Shown: positions 12,120-22,524 of the stretch, piece by piece
How positions within the stretch are numbered: position 1 is the first letter of the stretch
How the letters are laid out: each line of letters begins with the position of its first letter
Assembly: GCA_043228905.1 (NCBI GenBank)
Contig: JBHGNT010000001.1
Location: forward strand, 2,976,001 to 3,040,000
Reading direction: 5' to 3'
DNA length: 64,000 nt
Source: Azolla caroliniana
Lineage: Eukaryota; Plantae; Polypodiophyta
Notes under the pieces: generated by a model
The model's input: the letters and a program-made list of their open reading frames with translations, nothing else
Told to the model about the DNA's origin: nothing
The model's database searches: none
Made by a program: the position numbers and the translations under genes

Positions 12120-13240
12120 ATGGCAACTGTTAGCACTCAAGAATATCAATCCATTTTCTTAGAGTTGCAATGTTTGAAAGAAAAGTGACTCGCATTGGAA
12201 CAAGAAAATCAACAATTATTGGGGGATCTTCAACAAATCTCTTTAGAAAAGCAACAAATGCAACAATGACAACAACCTGGGGAGTTAGCGTTACGCGTGC
12301 AACAACTTGAACCAACCATTGTAGCATTGCAACAACAAGGACCAAGTACTCAAAGGATTCATAAAGAACCCAAGATCGGCCTTCCTATGAAATTTGATAG
12401 AACACAATCACAATTGAGAGGATTCCTTAATCAGGCATCCTTCCCGATATCCCACCGATGCATCACGAGTGGGTTTAGTAGGCTAAGTAGCTCAGCTTTG
12501 GCATGGTTCGCTCCGTTGTTAGAAAAGGAATCTTCATTACTAAATAATTTTGAAGAGTTTATAAGCGAGTTTAAAGCCTGTTTTGGATATACTAATAACA
12601 TAAGGATAACAATCAACAAAATCCGATGATTACATCAAGGTGATTGTCCAGCCTCCGCTTACGTTGTAGATTTCCGTCTACTCACCTCCGATATCCCCTG
12701 GGATGAACAAGCATTGATGGAGCAATTTCAATACGGCCTACGAAATGATGTCAAAGACTTACTCCTGACTTTCCTTGAAGAACCAAAATCGCTCATAAAG
12801 GCAATCAGTTGAGCGGTACGATGTGATAACCGGCTTTTCGAGTGACATCGGAATGCCAATTACAAATTCCAAGGACCAGGTAGCAACCCACATATGCCTC
12901 GGTTGCATCAAAACCATTTGCAAGGGAGTCATACAATGCATCTCTGGCAAATACTCCAACACCAATACAAATCGACACCACATGTCGTCGTGGACCATTG
13001 TCAGAAGAAGAAAAGCAATGACGTCGAGCAAATTGATTATGTCTTTATTGCGGAGGACTAGGGCATATCACAATAAACTGTCCACATAGGGCAAGAAAAC
13101 CGGTAAATCAAATAGTAGCTTGTACTAAACTTGAGTCTATTTCATTAGGAGTTTCTTATCATCCTAATAGTACTAATAGCCCAAGTCTATCGAACAAATT
13201 TGAAGTCCTTAGTCAATTAGAAGAAAAGTTAAACGACTAA
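12120..13240 (+). pseudogene. Gag of chromovirus A (PEG10/RTL1-like capsid plus CCHC knuckle)
   Basis: KEPKIGLPMKFD..RGFLNQ, ALAWFAPLLE..LLNNFEEFISEF, CLYCGGLGHITINC; stops and frameshifts. Confidence 0.85.
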
Positions 13241-13279
13241 GTCCAGCCAAAATAGGAGTAGTTTGGTTGGACAACCCTA
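13228..13279 (+). promoter_or_regulatory. Putative -1 ribosomal frameshift signal, gag to pro-pol of A
   Basis: G TTA AAC (13228-13234) two codons before the gag stop; 6-nt spacer; 11-bp stem 13241-13251/13262-13272; the -1 frame is open into the protease ORF. Confidence 0.75.
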
Positions 13280-13804
13280 GATCTGTGCAACCCATTAGTG
13301 GATTCATTCTCTCTAAACAAGTTAGCAATGTGTTCTTAGCTCAAGTAACAATTAGTACTAAAAGTACCCCTCCAGTACATGTCTTAGCACTCTTAGATTC
13401 CAGAGCTAATTCTTGCTCCATGGATAGGAATTTTGCCCAAGCTCATCAGATATCTCTAAGAAAACTTTCTTGCCCAACATCTGTAGTAGTCATTGATGGT
13501 CGTCTCATTGCTTCCGGAAATATCGTAGAAGAGTCACAGCCGATTTAGGTTGTCCTAGATAATTTGGTGTGTGTAGTATCATTTAATATAATTAGTAGTC
13601 TAGAGCATCCAATTGTCTTGGGCTTACCATGGTTCAAATTACATAACCCAAACATAGATTGGAGAACAAGAGAAATCCGGTATCGACAAACTTGAGGATC
13701 TAGTCATCGAATTTCAACCATTTCACTACATCAATTGCGTGAGGAAGGACGCAAGGAATCAATGTTTGTCTTCGCAGTATCAGTAAAACCTTCTATGAAG
13801 GATC
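13234..13804 (+). pseudogene. Aspartic protease region of A pol
   Basis: VLALLDSRANSCSMD (degenerate LLDSGA) and IVLGLPWFKLHNPNIDW. Confidence 0.85.
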
Positions 13805-14252
13805 TATTTATCGATGGAGTAAGCTTCTCAATGTTGTTGCAGGATTCGGATCGGCGTATACCCTTTTCATGGCAAATCAGGCGGAGATGGTTGTCAGACA
13901 CCTCCGAGCCTCACACTCACTTAACAACTAATGGATGATTAAGCACAATATCTCTCTCAAGCTCGCTCTCATAGACAATAGGGTAATGAATGTAGACAAC
14001 AAGAGTAATGAATATGTTTATTAACCCTCTTTGCTAAGAGGTCTAGCACCAACAAGGAAGAGAGATTAGTGTTCTCTAACTAAACACTTCACTAATCTCT
14101 CTTAAGCTTAAAGGTTACAAGGAGGAGGAGAGGATGCTCTAGCTCTTAATCACTTAGGAGATCTTTACAAATGGGAGAACCCCCACAAAGCCACTATTAT
14201 GTGGCTTATATAGCTTTCACGTTTAGGGTATGGGCATTTCACACTTGGACGT

Positions 14253-14940
14253 TGTCGTAAAGAAAACCGGCCATAGGCGGAATCAAAGAAAAAGGCGCAT
14301 GAACCGGCTCCTACACGGGTGGACGGGAGGATTGATATATTGTACATAATTCGTAATTAGGGCGATTGGTGTAAATACTAGGTAGCACATTTATTAGGGG
14401 ATTTTGTGCGTATCTCTGTCGACAGGGGCAGGGAATAAAGCAGTTTGGCTAAGGAAAAGGGGGCACCCCCTTTGGGGGAACTATTTAAGGAGGGAGAGGA
14501 GGAAGGAATAGGTATCGCGCGCTAGGGAGGACGAAGTGCTGCTGCAGATCTGAGTGCCGAGCTCTCTCTTCTCCTCCGGCCGTCGGTCTCTGTAGGTCAG
14601 AAGCTCGCTGCCTCTGCTTCGTGGACAGCCCGTGCACTTCCAGTAGAGGCTCTCCCCCTTTTTGTTTGTTTCTAGGAGTCGAGCGAGTGTTGTCTGTGTG
14701 TGTGAATAGGATCCCCGTGTCGGGTCCATCGCCGCCTTGCCGGTTGTAACTGTCAGAGTCGTATTCTCTTGTTATTGTAAACTCTTGTTATTGAAATCGA
14801 GTGTTGCGTTCTATATCTCTCCTTCTCGCTTCGCGTATCTACAAATCTCTCTCGCTCTCTGTCTGTCTGTCTCTCTTGCTCCTCGGTTCAAGCCCTCGTG
14901 GTCCCGCCCCTTCTACACGCGCGCGCGTAACTTCGCGACA
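14253..14940 (+). repeat. 5' LTR of B
   Basis: Matches 25279-25437 plus 37156-37696, a few percent diverged. Confidence 0.93.
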
Positions 14941-14944
14941 TCTT

Positions 14945-14962
14945 TGGTGAACCCGACGTGAA
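14945..14962 (+). promoter_or_regulatory. Primer binding site complementary to the tRNA-Trp 3' end
   Basis: TGGTGAACCCGACGTGAA, 4 nt after the LTR end. Confidence 0.85.
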
Positions 14963-14985
14963 CGGGGCGGCAAAGGAGTCGAAAG

Positions 14986-17119
14986 ATGAGGGGATCGGAG
15001 CTAGCAGAGGCAATGGCGGTGGCCGTCGACCGATTGGTGAGCGCTCGTGAGGGGACGGGTACCCTCGATAGAACCATTGAATCGATCGTCAGCTCTATAG
15101 GCCGTTTCGGAGGGAAAGACGCCAAGAGTTATTTGGAGGTTTACCGGGCCGAAATGATCATGAGGGATATCCCAGTGGACAGGCGGTTGTCCGGATTCCC
15201 TCAGGTGGTGACGTCGGGCATCCACGCGGAGGTGCTCGAGGTGTTGGCCGGATGCCAGACTTGCGAGGAGTTCGAGTTGCAGCTCCTCAAGAAGTACGGG
15301 TTTGACGACTCGCTTCGGCTGTCGAGGTGGGACTTCATGGCGTGGGTGGAAAGCCCCGGAAAGGGGAAGAACACATCGGTGCTCCTCCAGGAGTTCGAAA
15401 AACGGTTTGCGCGGCTGTCGACGTTGGACCGGACGGTGCTCGAAACAAGTCGAGTACTACTATTTGTCAAGTCGGTGGACGCACTCGACAGGGAAAAGGT
15501 GGGTCCCCTATTGGAAACGGACGAGGGGCTCACGGCAGACTGGGCCGTGGTAAAACGGGTCTGCAGCCGTTTCGACAAACGGCGCGATTGGAGCGACGGA
15601 AGCTCGTTGGGGTCAGGGCCGGTCCCGGGGAGGAGGCTCGAGGAGCCGGTATCGGTGCCGGCTGGTAGGAAGGAAGAGACCCGAATCTGGCCAAACTCGG
15701 GGTCGGCATCGAACGACGTGGTCAGAGGCCCATCCGGAGGAGCGGCTCTGGAGGAGCGGCTCTGGAGGAGCTGACATAGATGGTGCACGACCTGCAGATC
15801 ACACAGGCCCGGAGAGACAGCGGCGAACAACCTCGCGACCAGAGGCTCCCGGCTGGGTAGCGGTGCATGTGGTGTGACGCGATCGGTCACATTCGGAAGG
15901 ATTGCGCGGATTTCGTTGACGCGCTCAGGACCAACGTGGTGTTCCTCTGGAACGGGCGTATGCACGCGAGCGAGACCCGGAGAGACCTAGAACTGAATAC
16001 GGGGTGTGACGGAATGAAGAGGTTGATGGAAGAGGCCACGACACGGCACGTCGAAGCCGTTAACTACTCAGTGTCGGCGGGAATTCCGGTCGGGGGTGAT
16101 GAGACCCGGAAGGCGAAGGACTCCAGATTCTGGCCGCTAGTGCTAGAAGGCCTCTCCGGAGTTTGGATGAAGAAGGAAGAGGCGGACCGCACGGAACAAC
16201 GGATCCAGGAGGTCACCGGTTGGGACGATCCGGTCGAAGAGAAAACGGGCTTCGTAGAAGCCGCTTGTCAGAACTACGAGGTTCTGGTGGAGGACAAACG
16301 GGCAGGAGAGGCCGGAGGGGTCGGCCCCCCGAGAAGGTATGAGACCCGGTTCGGACCGAAACCGACCGGTGCCGGCAACCCAGGCGCGTCGGACGGAAAG
16401 AAGCAGGCGGGGTTTCGGTTGACCATCGAGATCAAAAGGACCACAGACCTGCGAAAGGTCCTGGAGGAACGTATCCTCGACAACAAAGTGGAGTTGTCAT
16501 TGCGGGAGGTGCTGGGAATCGCCAAGAGGGAGTTTCACGACTCTATCGTAGACTTGGTGAAGTGGAAGAGGCTCTCGACGAAGCCGGAACCGGAGAAGCC
16601 GGTGGAGGTGCGGACCACGCACCTGGAAGACGAAGCCCTAGAAGACGAGTTGGCGGGAAGCCACTACAGGAAGCTGCATTGGGCCAGGGCAAAAACGGAA
16701 ACCCCTGTACGGATCGGCAACATTCTGGAACCGGTGGTGGCGTTGGTAACCATGGATCCGAAATCAACCTGATGTCCATGGATTTCTACAAGAAGGGTAA
16801 ATGGCCGATCAACACCAAGCACGGTTGGAAGATACAGGCAGCGACGCGCGCCACGGAAGAACTGCATGGGGCTTGTCCAAACGTACGGGTGAAAATCGGC
16901 GATGTCGAGATCGACCAGCACTTCTTCGTGCAAGAGATGTCCTCGCATCTCGTTATACTAGGAGAGCCATATATCACAGCGGCACGGATGGAGAACGGTT
17001 TAGCCTATGCAAGAGTCAAGAGCCAGGATGGGCGTCACTCGGTCCAATTCCTAACAGTGCGACCAAACCACGAGCGTAACCACGAGGCCCTCGGCGGCGA
17101 AACCCGAGGGGATTTTTAG
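14986..17119 (+). pseudogene. Gag-protease ORF of B
   Basis: Gag N-terminus (SIGRFGGKDAKSYLEVY), CMWCDAIGHIRKDC knuckle, linker VLEERILDNKVELSLREVLG, protease VALVNHGSEINLMS...VILGEPY; broken by a 14-bp duplication near 15736-15763 and a frameshift near 16745. Confidence 0.85.
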
Positions 17120-17175
17120 AGAGGGCTATCAAGGCGTGGGGCCGCGATAGTCCGGACACCCGGAAAGAACCCCAC
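17110..17175 (+). promoter_or_regulatory. Putative -1 frameshift signal, gag-pro to RT-RH-IN of B
   Basis: G GAT TTT followed by TAG; 6-nt spacer; stem GGGCTATC/GATAGTCC; loop GTGGGG complementary to CCCCAC at 17170-17175; the -1 frame is open to 17574. Confidence 0.75.
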
Positions 17176-17931
17176 AAATGTACAGTACCGAAGAAGACAT
17201 GTACCATAGGTAGGGAATTTTGGTTCTCCTACAACGAAGGTTGTACTATAACCAGCGTCAGCGGCCGGGAGAGGAAGCGAGCGGAGGAGCGGCTCAGGGG
17301 ATGCGGAGTCCTCTTCCCCGACGAAGACATCAACGGCGTCGTGGAGGCGGTCTCTTTTGACGACACCTTGGGCGAATTGCGAAAGGTGATCAGTGAAGAC
17401 CTTAGAGAAGACTGGACCGTTCTGGTAGGGTCGATGGGAATGTACGAAGTCATCGCGGACTTTGGGGAAAGGATTGAGTCGGATCGGACGGCCCGTGTGG
17501 ATACAAAGTACAAGACTATGGACCGAAAGGTGAGGCCAATCGCGGCACCCTTGCCGGAGGGCAACGAGGAGTAGATAAAAGGGGTTGTGTCGGACCCAAG
17601 TTTACGGAATCTGGTTGGCATAGGATAGGGCACTGGTTCACCGACATAACGCTACTCGAGCTCAAGGTCGGTGGGGGCGGCTTCCTACTACCGGCGAAGG
17701 AGGACCGATTTCGGAGAATGCTCGGGAGGCACGGCAAGGCTTTAGCATTCTCACCGGAGGAGATCGGGTGCATAGACCCGACAATTGTCGAACCGATGGT
17801 GATCTTCACGGTACCGCATGTACTGTGGAATCTCAAGCCGATTCCGGTGCCGAGAGCTCATATCCCGAAGTTGATGGAGCTCCTGGAGCAAAAGGTGGAG
17901 ATGGGCATCCTCGAACCGTTGAGTGCCCCGT
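17116..17931 (+). pseudogene. Pol of B, part 1 (linker and RT start)
   Basis: TKYKTMDRKVRPIAAPLP, ALAFSPEEIGCIDPTIVEPMVIFTVPHVLW, GILEPLSAP; continues as YSNRW at 22528. Confidence 0.85.
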
Positions 17932-19923
17932 TGTCGAGGTGTTCCTCTCGTGCATGTAGAAGGGGCGGGACCGCGTGGATCTTGGACTAGGGAGTAGAGG
18001 AGAAAGGATAGGACATGATATGGAGGCTTAGCTCAAGAGGAGAAGAGGAAAGAATAAGACCACGACATCGAAGGAGATATCGGCGGAGGCAAGATGCTCA
18101 ACAAGTTATGTTAAAACAACGAATGGTTACAACAGTGGTGGCCGCCATGGCCGCACCAAAATGACTATCCGAAAACCCTAAAGGGGAACCCAAGAAGAAA
18201 ACCCTAACCGAAACCCTAACCCTAAACGAAAAGGGGAAGAGGGAGAACCCCTCGACTAAGTGGTATACCTTACTCGCACAAAATAGGCAACCCCTTCATA
18301 AGTGACCCCTCCCCTCCTTTTATAGCCCAAGGAGGGAGGGACCTTACAATGTGGGACAAAAATGTCCCCTCTCTTTCTATACACCATATCCTAGCATACA
18401 TGTGCACATGTTGCACACCACCGACTTGCCCCTTCCACCCCGGTTTCCGCCTATGGACGAAAATCTTCACGACATCCACCCACACCAAACCGCACATCCA
18501 CCGGTATGTGCCAAGAAAGGAAAAGGGTGAGAGATTTCGTCCACGGTGATCAACCGGGTCTTTCGCCTTACCGGCACCCAACCTTCTTGCCGGTCCCTTG
18601 CTGGCGCCGATCCGTCTTGCCGGCCCCGACCCGCCGACTCCATCCGATCCACCACGTCCACCGCGTTTCCCCGAACCGTCGGCTCCATCCGATCCGCCAT
18701 ATCCGACGTTCACGCCTTCTTCTTCGACCGACCCTCCCGAACGCCATTGCCGATCTGGTCACTCTGTTTGCTCGACGGATTCCGCCCCTCGCGTACCGCT
18801 TGTGTTCTATCTCCGGCTCGATCCTCTCTTCGTCTCGAACACCTCGTGCCAATTCCCTCCGTTCCGCGCTCACCTTCTGTAGGCTCTTCCCGTGTGCCCT
18901 TGTTGTCTCCCGAACATGCGGTCGTTCTTCGGTCCCTCGGTGACCTCATTACGCGCTCCTCGCTTCTCCCTCGCTCGCCGTGCTCTCTCGCCGTAGAGCG
19001 TACCGTCATCCCGGCCACCATGTCAGTGTCCTTCGCGACTCCCGTTACCGCTTTCCCAGACACAATCCTTCGTTCACGCCGATCACGCCCGTCTCGCTTT
19101 GTTGATCTTGGCGTCTCGTCGCGCCGCCCGTCGTCCCGCACTTGCCTCTTGAAGGGTTTCCCCGACCGTCATCGTCGGTCACTCGTTGCGGCTCTTCCGG
19201 GTGCATGTTTGCTTCTTGGCCCTTCGCCGACCGTAGTGCACGCTCCGTTCTACGCCGTAATGCATTTGCGTTACATACTTCCCTCGTTGTAGTCCCGACC
19301 TCCGTGTCGGCCTCTTCGTACTTTCTTGCCGTAGCCCCTTTCGACTCCGGCTTGCCGTCTTGGCCGTGCTCATCCGTCTTCATGCACCGGGTACCCGTTC
19401 TAGTGGCCTCGTCAGTTCCGGTCTCCGACTCCTCACCGCCACCCGTCGTGTCTCCGGTCTTATGTTGATCCGCAACCGCCGAAGTCTCAAGGATAGATGT
19501 GGAGGGCTCCTCTCGCTCTCGGTCTTCTGCCAAGTCGTAATCACCGTGCCTGGTTAGCTTCCTTCTCGCGCTCATCGGCTCCCACCGGGTGTTGTGGCCC
19601 GTTCGCCTCGACCTCCAACTGTGCCAACTTTGCCTTCGCCCGGATCGGTCTCGGCCGATCGAGTTCCGGTTAGGTCGGCTCCCTTCTGTAATCGTAACCG
19701 GCCGGTAGATGTTTGTCCGAACAAATCCGACCTTGCCTGCTCTTCTTCGGTTCGGGCCCGGTTGACCAGACCCTGCTCCAATGTTCTTCCGCATCGTCTT
19801 CCGGTCATGTCGGATTATCGACCGGTCCATCTTCCGGTCGGGTCGGTTCCCGACTCTCTCCTCTTTGCCGCTCCCGACCTCTCCGTCGATCCTCTCGTAT
19901 ATGCCCGTTCCGAGCCTCGCATC

Positions 19924-20511
19924 TGTTGGTAGACAGGTCCCTCCGGATGGGAAGGGAGAAGAAACGGTATGAACCGAATGAGGAGAACCCGACTTCGGAG
20001 AGTCGGATGGTGTAGGCCCGGTATGAACCGGATGAGGAGTACCCGACTACGGAGAGTCGGATGGAGCACATCGAGGCTACATTTGTAAATAGCCGAAAAG
20101 TCATATTAGTATAAATATGACTTAGGGCAAACTTTTAGTAGCTGTTGTCATTCTTGTTGTTATTCTTTCTTGTTGGTGCAAGAAGAAATTAGAGCGCGTA
20201 ACTGTACAGAGAGAGAGAGAGAGAGACGAGGTCGTTGCCTCTGTTGTAACCGCCGCCTGTGGCGAAGATCTGAGAACACGAGGTCGTTGCCTTAGTGATC
20301 TCACTATTGTATATTTCTGCATAGTGACAGTTTGCAGCTCGTGGGCTGCCGTGGTTTTTCCCCTATTTTGGGGTTTTCCACGTATACCTCCTGTGTACCA
20401 TTTCTCCTCTTCTTTTTCTTTTGTGTCGCGTTTCATTACCTGTTTTCTGTGTATGAAAAGAATCTCGGTTGTGGCCGAGCGTCGGACATTAGGAACGCCG
20501 AGTTTCCAACA
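19924..20511 (+). mobile_element. Solo Copia LTR (relative of copies 1 and 2)
   Basis: TGTTG...CAACA with a perfect 5-bp TSD GCATC (19919-19923, 20512-20516); shares AAATATGACTTAGGGCAAAC and CTCGGTTGTGGCCGAG with the Copia LTRs. Confidence 0.92.
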
Positions 20512-20996
20512 GCATCCTCATCTTCGTACGTGTTCGCTCCGGGCCACACCTGCTCACGGCTACCGCCCTTCTCTCCGGTCTTATGTTGGCATTCGAGCGC
20601 AACCGCCGTAGTCTCCGGTCTCGGTGTCGAGAGGTCTTGCCTCCGTCCGCTATGACCTTCCTCGTCGTCGTTTCGATTGTCCGCTTTGCCGCCGCCACCT
20701 TCCGTCTCTCCGGTCTCACGTGGGCTCTCGGGGCCGACTGCCGAAGTCTCTTGAATAGGTGTGGGAAAAGTCCCGATACCGTTACTCGCCGATGCCATGT
20801 TCGTAGCCACCTTCGTTCGGACGCCGTGGTCCGTGGCTATCTCTTCCTCGTTCTCTTCGTCGCCGTGGTAGGCCGCCTTGCCGCCACCACCGCCCGTCGC
20901 TCTAGGTCTCACGCCGGCACTCGGGCCGGCCGCCGGAGCCTCTAAGACCGGTGTGGGTAAGGACTCGGCACCGCCACTCGTTGTGTCAGTAGCCGC

Positions 20997-21962
20997 TTAC
21001 GTCCGGTTGTCGTTGTCCACGGCTACCCCATCTCCGACTCCGCAAACCTCGATTACGCTTGCCACCATCTCTCCCATGCCGTCGTCTCGGTTGCCCGCCT
21101 TGCCGCTGCCACCGTCCGTCACTCTAGGTCTCACACCGGCTCTCGGGCCGGATGCCGGAGTCTCTAGGACCGGTGTGTGTAAGGTCGCGGCACCGCCGCT
21201 TGTCCGCTCCTCACTCAATGTTTCGGGCCGCCATGTCCCGAATCCGTAGTTACCGGCCTCCATGGCCGTCCCTTCACCGCAAGGCAAGAGGGTCGCTTGC
21301 TCCGCACCCTCTCCTATCTCGCCGTCGTACGCTCTCCCGGCCTCTGTATAGACCCCGCCTTCTACGTCTAGGGAGGCTTCTTCCTCCGTAACCTCCGATC
21401 GCCTCCGGCCCGACTCCATAATAAGCCCTTCTTCGGCTCCGATTTTCGCCTTCACAAGCTCGCATGCCTCTCGTATTAGCGCTTCTAGGTCGAGCTCCTC
21501 CGAACCGTTTTGCGTTGAGCTCTCTTCCGGCGGCAGTGCGTACTCACTCGCCGCTCTCTCTTCTCTGCCGCTCGCGGGCCACGTTGTTGCCGGCCGCTCC
21601 CCAACGGGTTGCCGGCATACCCACTCCGGTTTCACGTATCCGCACGCTTCCAATAGGGCTACCTCCAAGGACACCCACGACTTGTGAGCTTCTCGTAGCT
21701 CCTTGACCTCCTTGTGCACCGATGCGGCCGCCACTCGAGGAAAATACTCTAGCCGCATCTCCTCGTCCACGCCCCCTTTCGCCATCTCGGCCTCGTACGC
21801 CTCCAAGAACCTCGGGACATCGTCCTCGTTGAATCGGCCGACTCGATCGACCACCCTTTCGACGGCTTGTTGAGCCGCATCTCGCTTTGCCATCTTCCGT
21901 CCGGCTTCCATCACGATTTTTGCCATCATCTCCTCGAAGTCCAAGTCTTCTTCCATCTCCAT
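20997..21962 (-). CDS. Gag N-terminal-derived protein of C with an acidic, repeat-containing extension (321 aa)
   Basis: ATG about 15 nt after the PBS; VERVVDRVGRFNEDDVPRFLEAYEAEM aligns with B Gag IESIVSSIGRFGGKDAKSYLEVYRAEM. Confidence 0.7.
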   Translation of the reverse strand: MEMEEDLDFEEMMAKIVMEAGRKMAKRDAAQQAVERVVDRVGRFNEDDVPRFLEAYEAEMAKGGVDEEMRLEYFPRVAAASVHKEVKELREAHKSWVSLEVALLEACGYVKPEWVCRQPVGERPATTWPASGREERAASEYALPPEESSTQNGSEELDLEALIREACELVKAKIGAEEGLIMESGRRRSEVTEEEASLDVEGGVYTEAGRAYDGEIGEGAEQATLLPCGEGTAMEAGNYGFGTWRPETLSEERTSGGAATLHTPVLETPASGPRAGVRPRVTDGGSGKAGNRDDGMGEMVASVIEVCGVGDGVAVDNDNRT

Positions 21963-22524
21963 GCTCCCTTGCCGCCCTTCACGTCGGGTTCACCAAATAT
22001 GTCGAGGTGTTCCTCGCGTGCGTGTAGAAGGGGCGGGACCGCGGGGATCTTGGACTAGGGAGTAGAGGAGAAAGGATAGGACATGATATGGAGGCTTAGC
22101 TCAAGAGGAGAAGAGGAAAGAATAAGACCACGACATCGAAGGAGAGATCGGCGGAGGCAAGATGCTCAACAAGTTATGTTAAAACAACGAATGGTTACAA
22201 CAGTGGTGGCCGCCATGGCCGCACCAAAATGACTATCCGAAAACCCTAAAGGGGAACCCAAGAAGAAAACCCTAAACGAAAAGGGGAAGAGGGAGAACCC
22301 CTCGACTAAGTGGTATACCTTACTCACACAAAATAGGCAACCCCTTCATAAGTGACCCCTCCCCTCCTTTTATAGCCCAAGGAGGGAGGGACCTTACAAT
22401 GTGGGACAAAAATGTCCCCTCTCTTTCTATACACCATATCCTAGCATACATGTGCGCATGTTGCACACCACCGACTTGCCCCTTCCACCCCGGTTTCCGC
22501 CTATGGACGAAAATCTTCACGACA

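Larger units (their letters stand above)
17932..22524 (-). mobile_element. Non-autonomous Gag-only LTR element C (B family, TR-GAG-like)
   Basis: LTRs 17932-18474 and 22000-22524 (about 6 substitutions plus an 18-bp indel), TSD CCGT (17928-17931, 22525-22528), Trp PBS 21978-21995, no pol motifs. Confidence 0.9.

Noticed and set aside
21978-21995. tRNA-Trp gene
   Set aside because: Only the 18-nt 3' end including CCA is present; it is the primer site of C.
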